Below the pieces are notes generated by a model. That model saw only the letters and a program-made list of their open reading frames with translations. It had not been told where the DNA came from and ran no database searches. Of a DNA stretch of 35,601 nucleotides, positions 35,420-35,601 are shown piece after piece. The stretch covers positions 1-35,601 of IMG/VR virus record IMGVR_UViG_3300020042_005013; one strand, given 5' to 3'. The DNA comes from a virus. Its lineage: Duplodnaviria > Caudoviricetes. The position numbers were made by a program, and so were the translations under genes. Positions within the stretch are counted from its first letter, which is position 1; each line of letters begins with the position of its first letter.

Positions 35420-35601
35420 GCTGCGTACTTCTTCGTCTTTGCCTTACGGTCATCAAGGCCGTGCGTGCCGCCGTTGATGCGTTTTGTAAGCGCGAGGATT
35501 GTAGCGTCGTTGATGCCTTGGTCGCATATTGGCCACAGTTTGTTACGGTCGAAGAACCACAAAGCGCTTTCAAAGCACAGTTCACCAGCCACAAGGTCAG
35601 G
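35410..35601 (-). CDS. Endolysin, glycoside hydrolase 19-like (3' part only, truncated by the window edge)
   Basis: SALWFF...L...D....LTKRINGGTHGLDDR is the typical C-terminus of phage GH19 lysins. Confidence 0.85.
   Translation of the reverse strand, partial: PDLVAGELCFESALWFFDRNKLWPICDQGINDATILALTKRINGGTHGLDDRKAKTKKYAAWL

Noticed and set aside
13371-35477. Many + strand ORFs opposite the structural genes (e.g. 25841-27187, 23649-24497, poly-Gly 18386-18913)
   Set aside because: Mirror translations of repetitive or biased - strand coding sequence.
1-35601. tRNA, rRNA, integrase/att site, DNA or RNA polymerase, terminase, portal, major capsid
   Set aside because: No recognisable signature by eye. 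Head and packaging genes probably lie beyond 35601, and lifestyle cannot be determined from this window.

Overview
This window is most of a tailed dsDNA phage genome (podovirus-like layout). The host is Gram-negative (two-component spanins) and plausibly alphaproteobacterial, which is an inference. It has two convergent arms. The + strand (406-13171) follows an AT-rich, repeat-containing non-coding region and carries about 15 tightly coupled small early genes, a split primase-helicase, small regulators, an SF2 helicase, a VRR-NUC nuclease, a YqaJ/RecT recombination pair and an SSB-like protein. The - strand (35601 down to 13172) carries the end of a GH19-like endolysin, overlapped Rz/Rz1 spanins, a calcineurin-like phosphoesterase, a head-tail adaptor, tail fibre, beta-propeller, chaperone and nozzle-like genes. 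It ends in five large putative ejected/internal virion proteins, including an M23 peptidase and a polyvalent protein with ddrB-like ParB, a 25-proline run and an HExxH peptidase. No terminase, portal, capsid, integrase, DNA polymerase, tRNA or CRISPR array is visible. The most unusual signals are the repeat-joined cassette array of small early genes and the motif-rich ejected-protein cluster. All family calls are from motif recognition by eye, not database searches.
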